64,000 nucleotides of DNA from Selaginella moellendorffii (taxonomy: Eukaryota > Plantae > Lycopodiophyta), in NCBI RefSeq assembly GCF_000143415.4, contig NW_003314340.1, positions 490,161 through 554,160 of the forward strand, given 5' to 3'. Position 1 is the stretch's first letter. Each line of letters begins with the position of its first letter. The notes under the pieces are model-generated. The model searched no databases. It had not been told where the DNA came from and saw only the letters and a list, made by a program, of their open reading frames with translations. Positions 49,657-62,257 of this stretch are shown one piece after another. The translations under genes were made by a program, and so were the position numbers.

Positions 49657-52600
49657 ATGAGCAAATTCGGACACCTCATGCCCATGGTGTTGTCCAATCT
49701 AGAATGCTACCACCAACACCAACTACAAGATATGCTCATGAAAGCCCATATAGTGCCACTACTACCAGCCTACAACTCCACTAGCCGCTATAACTCTTGT
49801 AACTCCATTTACCAGTACAAGTGCCAATATTTGGCCATCTACCTCCCGAAGCAACAAGTGGTCTAGCTCGGTAAGTTTTTCATTTGTACCTATCTTTTTT
49901 CTATGTGTTTTTCTACATAGGGTGAGTTGACAATACCACCACACTAGTGAGTTCATAGTTCCCATCAGCATTCCACAACTACTCCCAAGGATTGACATCG
50001 TCATCTAGTGGAGCTTCAACATCTAGATATATTCAAGTTAACCCTCAAGGCGGGCTGCCATGTGAGCCACAGATATAACATGACCCCATGCACTCTTCAA
50101 ATTTTTATTTTTTTTGGATTTGTTTGATTCATTTTCATTTCACTATGCTAGACTCTCTCACCGTTTGTGGCTACAGTGCACATCTATGCCAATAACAATT
50201 GGCAATTCTCGATTTTAAATGGAAGATTGAAGCTAAAAAATAAAATACATGAATATTAAAAGAGATGATCATTTTTAATTACACAAAACACTTGGATAAT
50301 GTAAAGTATAAAATATCTTGTTGTCGTGGACCATCGTGGCAACCAATCCAAAGTCATTGGTGGGATGTCATCTACGACACCCTTGGTCCCCCAGCCGTTC
50401 ACTACAGTCCTTGTCACCAAGTGGATTGCAATCCCGAAGACTTGGTATGTACACTTGTATGGGCGGAAAAGAGAGCCATCTGTGAAGGTGACAGAACTTG
50501 ATGAGCTGGCAATGGCCCTCCCAGAGTGTCTCATATGGGGTGGCTTATACTCCAATATTCCTTTCTAGCTCGGTACGGCCTAACATGCGATTCTACTATC
50601 ACTCCAAGCCTCAAGAATCCAACCTTCATCCATGACCAACCCATGAGCATTTGTCCAGTGTGCAAGGCAGTCCAATGGTGGTAAGGCCCATGTTGAGTTT
50701 GCAAAATTTGGCCTCAGCTCTATCCGGCCTTGCTATTGACCTCCTCAAACATGATAGGGAGCTATAGCAAACAAGGCCAATGGCAACTGGGCAACAGTAA
50801 TATACCTATACAATGTTATGGAGCATCTTACTAACAAACATTAGCTAAGTTATCAAAAGTAGGCCCAAGCACTTGAGGAGAAAGATATTCGTGAATGTAA
50901 GTCATTATTTTTTTTAAGTTCCTTCTTCACAAATATATGTTGTGGCCTTTTCAGTTATAGTTGCTATAAATACCTTGATTACAAATGATGATCCCTTGGT
51001 GATAGAGCCATTTCTCTCAAGGCCAGCCATGCAGGAACCAAACTAAGATGAGAATAATGAAGAAGACTCTACGGATGAAGAGGATATTTTTCCATTACCG
51101 GAAGAAACTCTCCCCACACAAGACAATATGGACATCACCGGAGTCAAAAAATAAGGTGATTGTGAGGATGAACCACACCAAGGATCTCCAGAGACATCCT
51201 TGTCACCAGAGATAGTGGCTCTAAGCCATATAACTGGTAAGAAGTATAAACATAAATGAATATTTCCTTCACTTTCTAATTTTTGAGTGTAAATAGGCCA
51301 ATAGTATTATATGATAGTGATAGTGGAGGCCTTGAAGACCATGGTGTGTCTCCACCCCCCTTTTTAGAGGGAAGTAGCTCCACTCTACTTACTCTTATGG
51401 AGTTACTTGACATCTTTTCTACAATAGAGTAAGATAATTGAAAATTGTACCATTCGAAATTGAACTAACGTTTGCATGTAGATTGTTAGAGCGTCAACAA
51501 CGATGGATTGATGCCACCAATACATTTAATAAAGTTATTCAATTAACCACTTAGGATAGTGCTAACTTCATCACACTACAGCATGAGGAGTTTTTTGCCT
51601 TACAAGATGCCCCCATAGCCCTTGAGATGAGGGCACAAGGGGATGCTGAAGTTCTTTCATAAATGGAATGGCTGAAACACAAACTTCTTGGTTGCTTTAG
51701 CATAGAGAGCACAAATGACGAGGACATGCTAAACACTGTTGCTACACACCTTGAGTTCCATTGAGCTAGTGGTGAAATATTTCTTTGCTTTTCAGCCAAG
51801 CCATGCTTCATTGACAAGATTGAGAGAGTGTTCTCTTTAAGCTTGGCCTTTCAAAAGCACAATACGAGGGTGTGTTTTGTGATAACACAATCCAACAGCT
51901 CCTTGCTAAAGGAAGCATCAACGTGCCTCCTTCAATTATTGAGTCCACAATAACATGGTTCATTAAGAATAGGTAAGTATATCTATTTTTTAGCACTTAG
52001 TACCATCTTATTGTTTTGTGCAAGGACCTACGTAGGAATTGGGCGGCTACACAATAATTAAGAGAACTATTTGATATTGCTGAAACACTGTATTGTAAGT
52101 TCTCCCGTTTTTACATCGAGAAGGCCATGTTTCGGCCATACAGACTTGCTCGTACACGTTTGAGGCCGTCTCACATTCTGGATTGCCTATGAATTGGAGT
52201 TCCCTCACTTGTCCTTCCAAATTACACTAAACAATGAATTCAGTTGTTTCCAATTCACTTTCAATACTAATCTCCGCACATCGAATTACAAAGTGGTCTA
52301 TGCGTATGAGATTGGAGGAGCTTTGGTGTGGGAGGATGCCACAATAGATGCGGGTGGGCCACATGCAAAAGCCATTAGAGAGGCTGTTCACCAAATTCTA
52401 GGATCGGTAAGTGTAATTTTCACTTAGTTCACTAGAGTAACTTTGTGTTACAGACACATGGACTATTTGTGCTTAGGGAAGGAGCCACGTATTAGCATCC
52501 CAAGATGCCAGTGCATTCTAGGACGTTGCGACAAGAAAAGTGGGATGTGGTAAGTTAAGTTTAAAGCACAAGTTTTATATGCTCCTTATTTCTATACGCA

Positions 52601-53526
52601 CAGACTATCTTTGTGGGCTGGTTGCTATTCCAAACATTTGAATCTAATGCATAGGTATCTCGCAGGTGTACAATTGCAACATTGGCAATTACAGTCGGAG
52701 AGGTTGCAAACGAGAATGACCGACAACTTGCCCGAGGAGGACTATATGAGATGGACCTCAAGGCATGCGTGTTGCATATCTGAAATGCACTCAACCAATT
52801 GCAAAGTGAATCAAGCCTAAAGGAGGAGGGCGATTAGCGCAAGTGTGTGAATTCCATCTTAGAGAACCCTACAATTACCGACTACAATGCAATGCTTGAG
52901 TCTAAACTCACCAAACTTAGTGAAGGTTATAAATAGGCTGTGGAGGCATGTGTGGTTGCAATGGTCTAGCGTTATTTATTCATTGAGCCAAATGTAGTGG
53001 GAGACTTACTTTGAGATGGCTTCCAACATTCAATGCACATGGAAGCTTGTCAGAGGCTATACAAGAGTCCAACATTGCTAGGTAAGCTTTCACTCATTGG
53101 GACAGATGCTTTATTATAGGTCCTCCAGGTAAGGATGATCATTCCTCCCACGGAGTTCATCAAATGCCTGATGTTTGATCAAGACTTTGGAGAGAACTTT
53201 CGCAGCTGGATTATGGACATCATCTAAGGTAACTATTTACTTTCACAAACAACTAAAACTCTTGTATGTTTGAACATTTTATAAATATGAACCCGAAAGA
53301 GTTACCCAAGTTCCATCACTTTGTGGTTGATTCTCCATAGTTCCAACTGGGAGAGCCTATTTGGATCTAAGTTGAGAGATAAGGTACATCATTTACTCGA
53401 TTTCCTAGGTTTTCCACATGCACACGAAAAGTTTTCTTCCCTTTAACATACCTGTCAATGGAGTGGACCAAACACAAGATTCACCAGGCACTCCAAAATC
53501 CAAAGGGCTTGTATGGATTGGGCTAA
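49657..53526 (+). pseudogene. Spliced HECT-domain E3 ubiquitin ligase gene of the transposon, decayed
   Basis: WEDATIDAGGP (52329-52360); FGENFRSWIMDI..MNPKELPKFHHFV; C-terminus FPRFSTCTRKVFFPLTYLSMEWTKHKIHQALQNPKGLYGLG* (53401-53526) containing the catalytic-type Cys. The 5' boundary is uncertain. Confidence 0.75.
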
Positions 53527-55569
53527 TGTTGTGGAAGTATTATAATCAAGACACTTTCACAATAAAAATAGATAATTGTCTTGAAGTATGTTTCACACTT
53601 TGAAAGACAGTTCATTTGCAAAGTTAAAGGTAAGAATATTCAAAATATTCCATAAATGCCCATTATAGGCACTTGTGGCCCTTGGTACCCTTTTGGCTTA
53701 TGCTTGCCTCACCAAGGATAATCACTATAGCTTCTAAAGCAACTCCCAATTTAAGATTTGGGTCAAAACTATCAAACTTAGGTGTTATATGATCCCCATC
53801 CTCGCTTGAGGAACTCTTAACCTATTTCATGGTAGAACCAAAATCACCTTCTGGGTTTGTGAACTCGTCCTTGCTTACATCTTGAGCAGTAACATATCCC
53901 TCACTGTCACTTTTTTCAGCAGAACCTTTCCCCTCGGTGATTGGTATAACATTAGAAGTAGTCTTGGGCTACCTTGTCAGAGGGATTGTCGAGCCTTGAG
54001 AGGAGGAGGCATCATATAAAATCTTTAGTCCTCTCCCCTATTGGATCCATTGTTGTGCCTCAAAGAAGTTATAGAATCCTTTTCAGTTTGCCATGTTAGG
54101 AGGAAACCTAGAAACCTCAAATATTGCAAAAGGGTTAGAGCATATAGGAAATTGTCACAAATCTACTCTTACCAAAATGAGCATGAGCTTCCAATCCCTG
54201 AAAACTCTAGTTCTTCAGCCGTAGCATACATTAGATAATTTTGCCCCATGCTTAGAAACCCTTTTTACAAATTTCAAAATTTGAAACGGTTATAATTGGA
54301 AAATGTTGAAAGTGTCTATTGTTATTGCTCTTCATGTTACTACATACAATTGCAACTTCCATATTCTCAAATCTCCTTCAGCATGCTCCTTTTGAGAGAA
54401 CTCCAAGTCTAAACATCAACACTATACACCTTTGTGTAGTACACAATTGAAGTATAAGCCCCACCAATTCATGGAATTGGTTAAACTTCAACCTACTTTT
54501 GAGTCATATGCAAATCTTCTAAGCATCATGGTACAAAATTAAAGCATTGAGAGAGCTACATTGGAAATCAATGGCAACAAAGGATAAACTCAATGGGATG
54601 CATTAGAGACATGACTCCAGACAGTATATATTTATGGCTTTGCAATGGGGCTAGATGGAGTTCACTTACACTTGCTATGAACACTATGTTAAAAGAGGTG
54701 TGCCAAAAAAGGATAATTCAGTTCTTTTACCATAAGTCCCAAGAGCAAGAAGTGAGAACATAGTGCTCTAGATAAGATAGTATGGTATGCAATTTGATTG
54801 ATTGTCCATTTGGTTTGCAACATTAACAACTTGCTAGAATGCATGGGATGAATGGGTCTATAGGCCATGAATGGCTCCATTCTATATATAGCACGGGTTA
54901 TTGCTATGGGCATGATGCCCCATCCGGGGCATAAGGATTGGATATTTGTAAAATATTCTATACCTATGTTTTTTTCACACTCATAATACACGTGGACCAA
55001 TAGCAGCCATACACATGGTGTGAGTGAAATCCACTGCTGTAAAATCCACCCTTTTACGAATTGCACACCATATTATAGCTCCCCAACAGGGGAAGTGTAC
55101 TAATATGCTAGAGAATTCAATTATATTACAAGATAAATTCATTCATTCCTTCGTTCATATTTTATTTGTATGATCTTACAGAGGGATTTAAATAAGCTTT
55201 ACAAATGATTTTCTCCAGTGTTTGGCAGCCAATATCTGTCTCCACCTCTAGTGTTTCTAGTATCACCCAAATCTCTTCCTCTTCCTCACTGTTACCCTTT
55301 GGGTAATGGTTGATGTAGTGGAGCTTTAAGTGTAAATTCAAGTTTGAGGCTCTACTTCCTTTTTCGTCCTGCAACTCTATCCTTCTTTTCTTCGTCATCC
55401 ACTTCATCCGTGTGTGAGCAGCATTTCTTAGGATTGGAATGGAAGAACCTCTCTTCATAAACTCTTCCTTATGTTTGAAACTCCGCACCACTCCAGCTCT
55501 TCCGCGCCATGCAGAAAACATCACATTCTTTAGTGTCGCCTGCAGAATCGCAAGCATCCCATCCATCGC

Positions 55570-55780
55570 GCAGGTGCGGATATTGCTCGGGATCATCCTG
55601 GATCACGGATTACCCGAGGACACTCCCCTGGACATCAATATGTTTGCGAAGTGTGGGAATTTGGAAGCCGTGAGGAGAGTCTTTGAGGAGATGCCGATGT
55701 GGGACATTAGTGGAATTAGTGGGGATTTCGAATTGGCACCCAGATTCGAGCACTTCGGGCATCTGGAAAGTGCACTACAT
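55570..55780 (+). pseudogene. PPR (PLS-class) gene fragment
   Basis: INMFAKCGNLEAVRRVFEEMP motif in ORF 55439..55819. Confidence 0.7.
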
Positions 55781-56414
55781 CCTGTAATAAAGGAACTTGC
55801 TGGAGTTCCAACTCGTTGATCCTTGATTGCCTTTATGGTCAGGCGACTATGGATTTTTACTGCAAATGAGATGGATTTTAACTTTTCTTTTCTTTCAGTA
55901 TTTATTGCCAGTTCCATTAGAAATAATGAAAATAAAAAATTATGACTAAGACTTAATATTTAATAATTTCTCCTTTCTTTTTAGATTAAAGATGTATATT
56001 CCCAACATGACATGTATCAGAAGCATCATGTTCTACTACTAATAGTGTTCTATCTACTGTAGTCAAAAGTCATTAATCTATATTTGCAAATCAATTGACC
56101 TAAATTTTACATTAGCACAGATCCCAATATTCTTGAGTTAACCCTCCGCATTCTAAATGGTGCTTGCGAAGATGGTGATAATATTACGTTTGGACAGAAG
56201 TAAGAAAGAAGTATTACCATCTTTGACCAGAGTACTCTTCCATATCAAATCATGAGAATATTATTTAAATAGGATTCTCTAAAATCCAACTTATGGTTTT
56301 TCATGTGTTGCAATTCATGATTCTTCATTTTTTTGCCTGATCATTCTTTGGTCTAAATTCTCGGACCACTGCTAAAAACTTGAGTCAGAGAAAACCTTTT
56401 ATATACTTACTAAG

Positions 56415-57407
56415 AATATGCCCATCCAGATTTGCAGCAGCACCCAATCAACAGTGAGGAAGAGCCGTAACTTCCTATTATAGTATTCTTGCATATTAAG
56501 CCTAGATGCGCTCAAAGATTTCATTAGTGAAAAATGTCTGTTGTGACCATAATTAGCATTGAGCTATTGAGAGAGCTTGCCTACCAGTTCCGGTCTGAAA
56601 CTTTTATGCTCACCTTTTCTGTCAAGGTCACACCATTTGGAACATTCTTGTACATTGACTTACATGGCTAGGTATAAAACCAGCAAGAAGGTTTTGTAAC
56701 ACTATAGTATCGTGTTACCATTGCTGCAAACTTCATATTGAGACTCTCAGGAGACGTGGTTCCTGCCAGATTTCAAAAATCTTGGATGGATGGAAAGAAA
56801 GAAGGAATTATACCAAGAAGCTTTCTTACCACTTGAATGTGAAAATCTATGCTCGCTACTTCTTTGCAGAGGACATCAAGTCCATTAACGCAATAAGGAG
56901 GAGGCAATCTTGATCTGATGCTGGCTGAACAGCACTAAAATGCAGGGATAAATAGAGAGATAGACCAGCAGTCCTAAGAAAGAAGCGCCACTAAAATCAA
57001 AATTGAAGCGTTACCAACGTAGGCACGTGTTTTAATCTGGGGGATTGAATATGTGCCTAGATGCTGAGTTACTGTTTTAAATGAAGGAATATGATTAAAA
57101 TCAAGTTTTGTCAATCCAGTGCATCATAAATGGTTTCCTATTAGCTCCATACGGGCTCCAATTCATCCCAATGGAACTTGCTCCTTCATAGTGAGAGCTG
57201 TGTCCACAGAACAATGTTTGAAATTGAGGGAATGGTGTGCGGATTGTTTCCTTCTTAAGTTTTATCTCGGATGTTTGTCACACGACATCTCCATGGAGCT
57301 TTTGCTTGACGAACACTGTGCGATTGGATCGGCTAAGTTGAAGTGGCTCTCTGGATCCATTGCGTAGTTTTTCTAGAACTTATGTTGATCACACAGCTTT
57401 GTTTTGA
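56415..57407 (-). repeat. Inverted copy of 33878-34945
   Basis: Reverse-complement match with small indels. Confidence 0.92.
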
Positions 57408-57999
57408 TATATGAAGTCCATCTCTTGTAAGAATTCATATAGTTGGATTGTCCATTTTGTACTACCAACAATGACATGGTTAGAGCCCTAAGGGATTGTT
57501 TATATGTCAGACAATTGTTGACAACATGGTTCACATCCTCCACCTTTTCAAGACAAGTAGCTCACAAATCAATGTTTGGATACAAATGTTTTTCAAATGC
57601 ATAAGTATGCATTGGCATGCATGCCATGTTTGCGTGGTTTTGTACACATTAGTGCCATATAAGAATTTTTGTTGCATCTCAGCAAGTGAGAAGTCACACC
57701 CTAATTGGGGTCTCATTATAACATATAGACACCCTTTTTCCTCTCTAAATTGACACTAAAGTTATAAGCTTGTCACCTTTTTCTCTTTAGCTTTTGTTTC
57801 TTACCTCATAGAGGAAACTTGCACTATCAATTAGATTAATAAATAATAAGCACTACTATTAAACAAACCAAGCATTAGTACATGTAAAGTGCACTAAATC
57901 ATTTTGAATTGTGGATGGAGAGAGCAATGTCATTTAGAGCAACTGGAATCATCTAGAAAGTTAATAGGATTCAGAGTTCTTCGTCTATCACTCAATTAC

Positions 58000-59460
58000 A
58001 CACCTCATTGGTGCTGTACTTCTATTTGAACAACAGGGCTGAAGAAGACGGCCGCATTGTAAATGAGATATAAGGAATGCTAGGTGAAGTTCAGCACCTG
58101 GAAATCGAAGTTAAGTCCCATGACGATGCAAACATTCGAAAACTAGCTTGAGAAAAGAAAGCAAAACGCAAAATCGAGGAATAGGAATAGTTTTCTTCCA
58201 GCGGTGATCAATGCGTGCCTCTTTGGCCGACAATTGAGCAGCACTTGCGGATAGAAGCTGATCAACCACACTGAGAACGCAAACCATCCAAGAAGTTGAT
58301 AGATCACATAGATTGCCAAGACGTCATGCTGTTGAAAGCTGGAGTGAACAGTGCGAAGTGCGCCACTCCTAGAGTCACAAGGTGAAAGTTTTTCATTTGC
58401 TCCCAGATTTGTATTTCTATGTGCTGAAGGTGGGAAGCTCTCCCGATAGTGAGGCTGTCTGCATGCAATCTGGTGGTGGAGAAGTGTCCATCTTGTAAGT
58501 GCATTTATTTATTTCGAATTGGAGACTGATTTGAGTTCCTTCTCTTTCTAACAACCACCATGAAGTTACAGCCATCCTCGTTCTGTTCAGCGGTGGGGGC
58601 AGAGGCATCGTCAGGCAGCACGTTGCTTGTTTTCTCCAGATTTTGGGAAAGAGACTTCATGCCAAGCTGCAAAAGATAGACAGAAGTAAAATCTGATTGC
58701 ATATAACTTGTCACGAACCATGCCTCGGAAGCCGCTAGCTTCCGAGGCAAATACATTAGGCTGATGCTCTGACTAAGCTTGATGAGAAGCTTCCGTAGCA
58801 AAGGACTGCGAGTTGCAACGGGCGAGTCAGATAGCGTACTCACTTCCTTCCATGCAACAGGTGCAATTTCCAGAAGAATGATACGATCCCCGACCTGCGT
58901 AGAATGCGTTAACGCAGGGGACAGCAAGAACATCTCAACTTAAAAATTCTAGCCTGTGCATTGACAGTACCAGGGATAAGAAAAAACTCCAGTAGAGCTG
59001 TCTTGGGATGTTTTCAGTGCATCGGGCCATGAATGCGCCGAGAAGAACGCAAGCTAATTACGATCATTTACAAGAACTTATTCGTACCCGAGAACATGAG
59101 AATGAATATCTGGCTGCGTCAAAAGCCCGGACAGAACGACTCCAGCCATTTCGCGAACAGGACCAGAGCATGACAAGAACTGCTTGCAGAAGTTCAGCAT
59201 TTTCTAGACGAGAGGCGACGAAGATGCTGTGCTCGTTGTCAGGTACCCCAAGGCAGTGAGGGCGACTGTATACTTCGAGTTCTGATGGCTGGTGAGGGAA
59301 GAACTTGACCACCGTCTTGTAGCCACACACCGTGATGAGCTTGTGAATGACACAAGTCGGCATCTTGGATGTTCTCAAGCTGCTAGATTAGAGCAAAGAA
59401 CTTTCACGAGAGGAACAACAATCACTTCCAATGTGGCTTGAGGAGGTGCTGATACTTGTT
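58000..59460 (-). pseudogene. Tubulin-folding cofactor D (TBCD) fragment, intron-containing and truncated
   Basis: IHKLITVCGYKTVVKFFPHQPSELEV and VATRSPLLRKLLIKLSQSISLMYLP. Far shorter than a full TBCD, and the frame is disrupted. Confidence 0.75.
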
Positions 59461-59891
59461 GCTAGAAAAGTCACTCATTGATTGTTCACAACAAGATTTT
59501 ACAATACTTTGTGCAATTTTGTCTATGCTAAGCTTTACAGCTTTATGGATTGTAAATTGAATTGAATCATTGAATCATTCAAAAAAATAATAGATGATAT
59601 CATAATTTAAATGTGACTACGTACATTTTTTTCTAACATTGGGAATTTTATAGTTTTCAATTGCACAACATGAGTTGTTTTCTTTCCCTAAAGGCTAAAC
59701 TCTAGTCAATAGCCCATGCACTAGAAGTCCAGCTGGGGGTGTGGAAAATTAAAATATCCAAAAATATTCTAAATCCTTATAAGTAATATTAAAAATTCTT
59801 AATTCTGAGATAATGGATTAAATATTTTTTCTAATTAGATTCATTGAGACTCATTAATTTAAATAGATTGCTTATGTTTTAGGGCTCGACA

Positions 59892-61746
59892 ATGGATTCC
59901 TTCCGGAAGCAGCTGGACGCCCTCATGGGCGCCAATCGCAACGGCGATGTCCAGGAAGTGCAGCGCAAGTTCTCCGATCGGGATGTCTGTCGCCTCTACC
60001 TTGCTGGCCTCTGTCCTCACGATCTCTTCCAGCTCACGGTAATCATCGATCAGAATCCACAGCGCTAGATGTTATTGCATCTGGTTTTCCACAGAGAATG
60101 GATTTAGGCGTCTGCCCAAAGATCCATTCCTTGCAACTGCGAAAAGAGTGAGTAGATCAATTTTTTCGCTCTCGTTTTTTCCTCATTACGATGTGTTCTC
60201 AGGTATAACGAGCAGACCAAGCAGTGTTATAATAGAGAGCTGGAAGAATGCTTGGAGAAACACGTTTTGGAGTGTGACAGGAAGATCCAGCGTGCTTTGA
60301 AGCGAATAGAAGAGGATGATGTGAATGCTGCTACTGCTATTGCAGTGTCGGAGGTGACCAGGGTGAGCGTTGATCGTCTTTGTTGGTTTCAGAGTTTCAT
60401 CTTCGCATCACTGTGGCAGTCCTCGGAAGCACTCGAATACACAAGACAGATCAAAGAGAAGCTTAGAATCGCCGAAAATCTAGGTGAGAGTTGATGATCC
60501 TGGGGATGCTAGCTAACATTTTTCTTCCATTTTAGAGCTGGAGGGGAAAACCGATGATAAAATCAGAGTGATGGGAGAAGTGGAGGCGCTTAGATCCACG
60601 AGAGCAGACAGACAAGTATGCTTTCTTCCTTTTTTCAAAATTTTGTTTTCCTTTTGAATGTCATTGTTTTTATTCTCAGGCTCTATCTCTTCTAGAAGCG
60701 TTCAACAAGGACAGAGCTTTACTTTTGCAAGGAAATGCGCCTCCACTGGCTCCTCTTCCATATATGCCTTTTCCTCCCGATGCAAGGACCCAGGATATGA
60801 TCAAGGAGAAGCTGAACAAAGCAGAAGTGTTGGGTAAATATATTTCTTTTAGAGATTGTTGTGTTTTCCTCACTGGTTTGGATGTGATCTAGGTGAGCAA
60901 GGCTTGGTGGATGAAGCGCAAAAGACCTTGGAAGAGGCAGAAGCGTTGAAAAAGGTACCACTTGCGAGAATATTTGCAATAAGTGTCAGGCTAAGAATCT
61001 GATATGCCGCACAGCTTGTCTCGAGGTATGATATGGCTCCGGACCCAAACAAGGTGCTTCAACAGGACGCACGAGCTGTTCGTATATTGATACTCCTAAC
61101 TTGTGTGGTTATGCTAATCCGTGATAGTTTACAGACTGATCAGAAGCTACGTGTTTGTGATATATGTGGAGCATATCTTAGCATCTACGACAGGTACTGT
61201 AGTTTGATGTGGTATTCCTGTCAAATTCTCATTTCATGTCATGCAGTGATCGACGGCTCGCTGATCATTTCGGTGGAAAGCTTCACCTCGGATACATGCG
61301 CATCCGCGAAAAGCTCGGCGAACTTCGGGTAATCTTCCGGATGATTGCTAGTAGCTCGGCCTTTCAACTTTAACTGCAGGAGGAAAAAGAAAAGGCGCGG
61401 AAACTTGCAGAAGAAAAGTAGGAGTGTAGTTTTGGCGTCTCGAGGCTGAGCTTAACCGTGTGTGCTTGTGGAGCAGGGCTCGAGAACGGGCTCTGGCAAG
61501 CAAGGAGCCCGACGAGAGAGAAAATGATCGCAGAGAACGCAGGGAGAGATCTTACCGTGACAGAGAAAGAGAAAGAGATAGAGATAGAGGATACATGAGG
61601 GAGCGTGGTCGCAGGAGGTAAGTTCTCGTTTGCTTTCTTGTGCTAAGTTTTGGTTCTACAGATCAAGGTCTCCTTCTCGCGAGCGTATAAGGGAGAGGTC
61701 GAGAGATCTTTCACCCCGCGACGTCCGTAGAAGTCATTGGTGGTAA
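59892..61746 (+). CDS. LUC7: U1 snRNP protein LUC7 (LUC7A/B type), multi-exon
   Basis: MDSFRKQLDALMGANRNGDV..DRDVCRLYLAGLCPHDLFQLT; DQKLRVCDICGAYLSIYD; RLADHFGGKLHLGY; RS-rich tail. The 3' end is approximate. Confidence 0.93.
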
Positions 61747-62257
61747 GATCCAAAGTGGACGAGAACATGATTCTAATCGCGCGTGTGCGCGTGTGTGTGT
61801 TTTGCACAGACAAGCTTGCGTTTCTGAGAGAGTCGGATCATCACGAAGATGGGATGAGCAGTCATCGTTTTTACTCTTTCCAAATGTGCGTGGAGTGCCT
61901 CTCTCTTTCTTTGATTTTAGCAGCAGCATATAGCTCTATGGCTACTTAGCATGCATGGTTTGTGACGTGGTTTGCACCTTATTCTATTTCCCAGGACTCC
62001 TTGACGGTCTTTTGCAAACTCCCAGAGTGTTGCATTCTCATGTACTCGGTGGGACAATCTGTAAGTTATAAACTTAAATTCTTTACGCTTCTCTAGAAAT
62101 CTCTTTGATATACTCATCTAGCTTGTTCGTCTTGGCGGACAGAGAACAGAGAAGAAGATCGAAAAAAATCGAAGAACAGATGAAGAGCTCGAAAAAAAAA
62201 TCAAAGTTTTTAGAAGATGGGGAAAAGGTCTAGAGTAAATTTCTAGGGTTTGAGGTG

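Larger units (their letters stand above)
46633..55112 (+). mobile_element. Decayed ~8.5 kb TIR DNA transposon encoding an integrase-core DDE transposase and a HECT E3 ligase (IS3EU-like)
   Basis: Degenerate TIRs: 46633-46745 (TATGGCATATT...gcaatttgtaaaaaagtg...atttcactcaca...ctattggt) versus 54996-55112 (accaatag...tgtgagtgaaat...cttttacgaattgc...aatatgctaga). Two spliced pseudogenes lie inside. Confidence 0.75.

Noticed and set aside
46625-55120. Target-site duplication of the large element (gaatcaag vs gaattcaa)
   Set aside because: Similar but not identical, so it cannot be called a TSD.
33878-57407. Giant Pack-MULE with 1-kb TIRs
   Set aside because: No TSD at the outer ends, and the arms look like spliced gene or repeat fragments.
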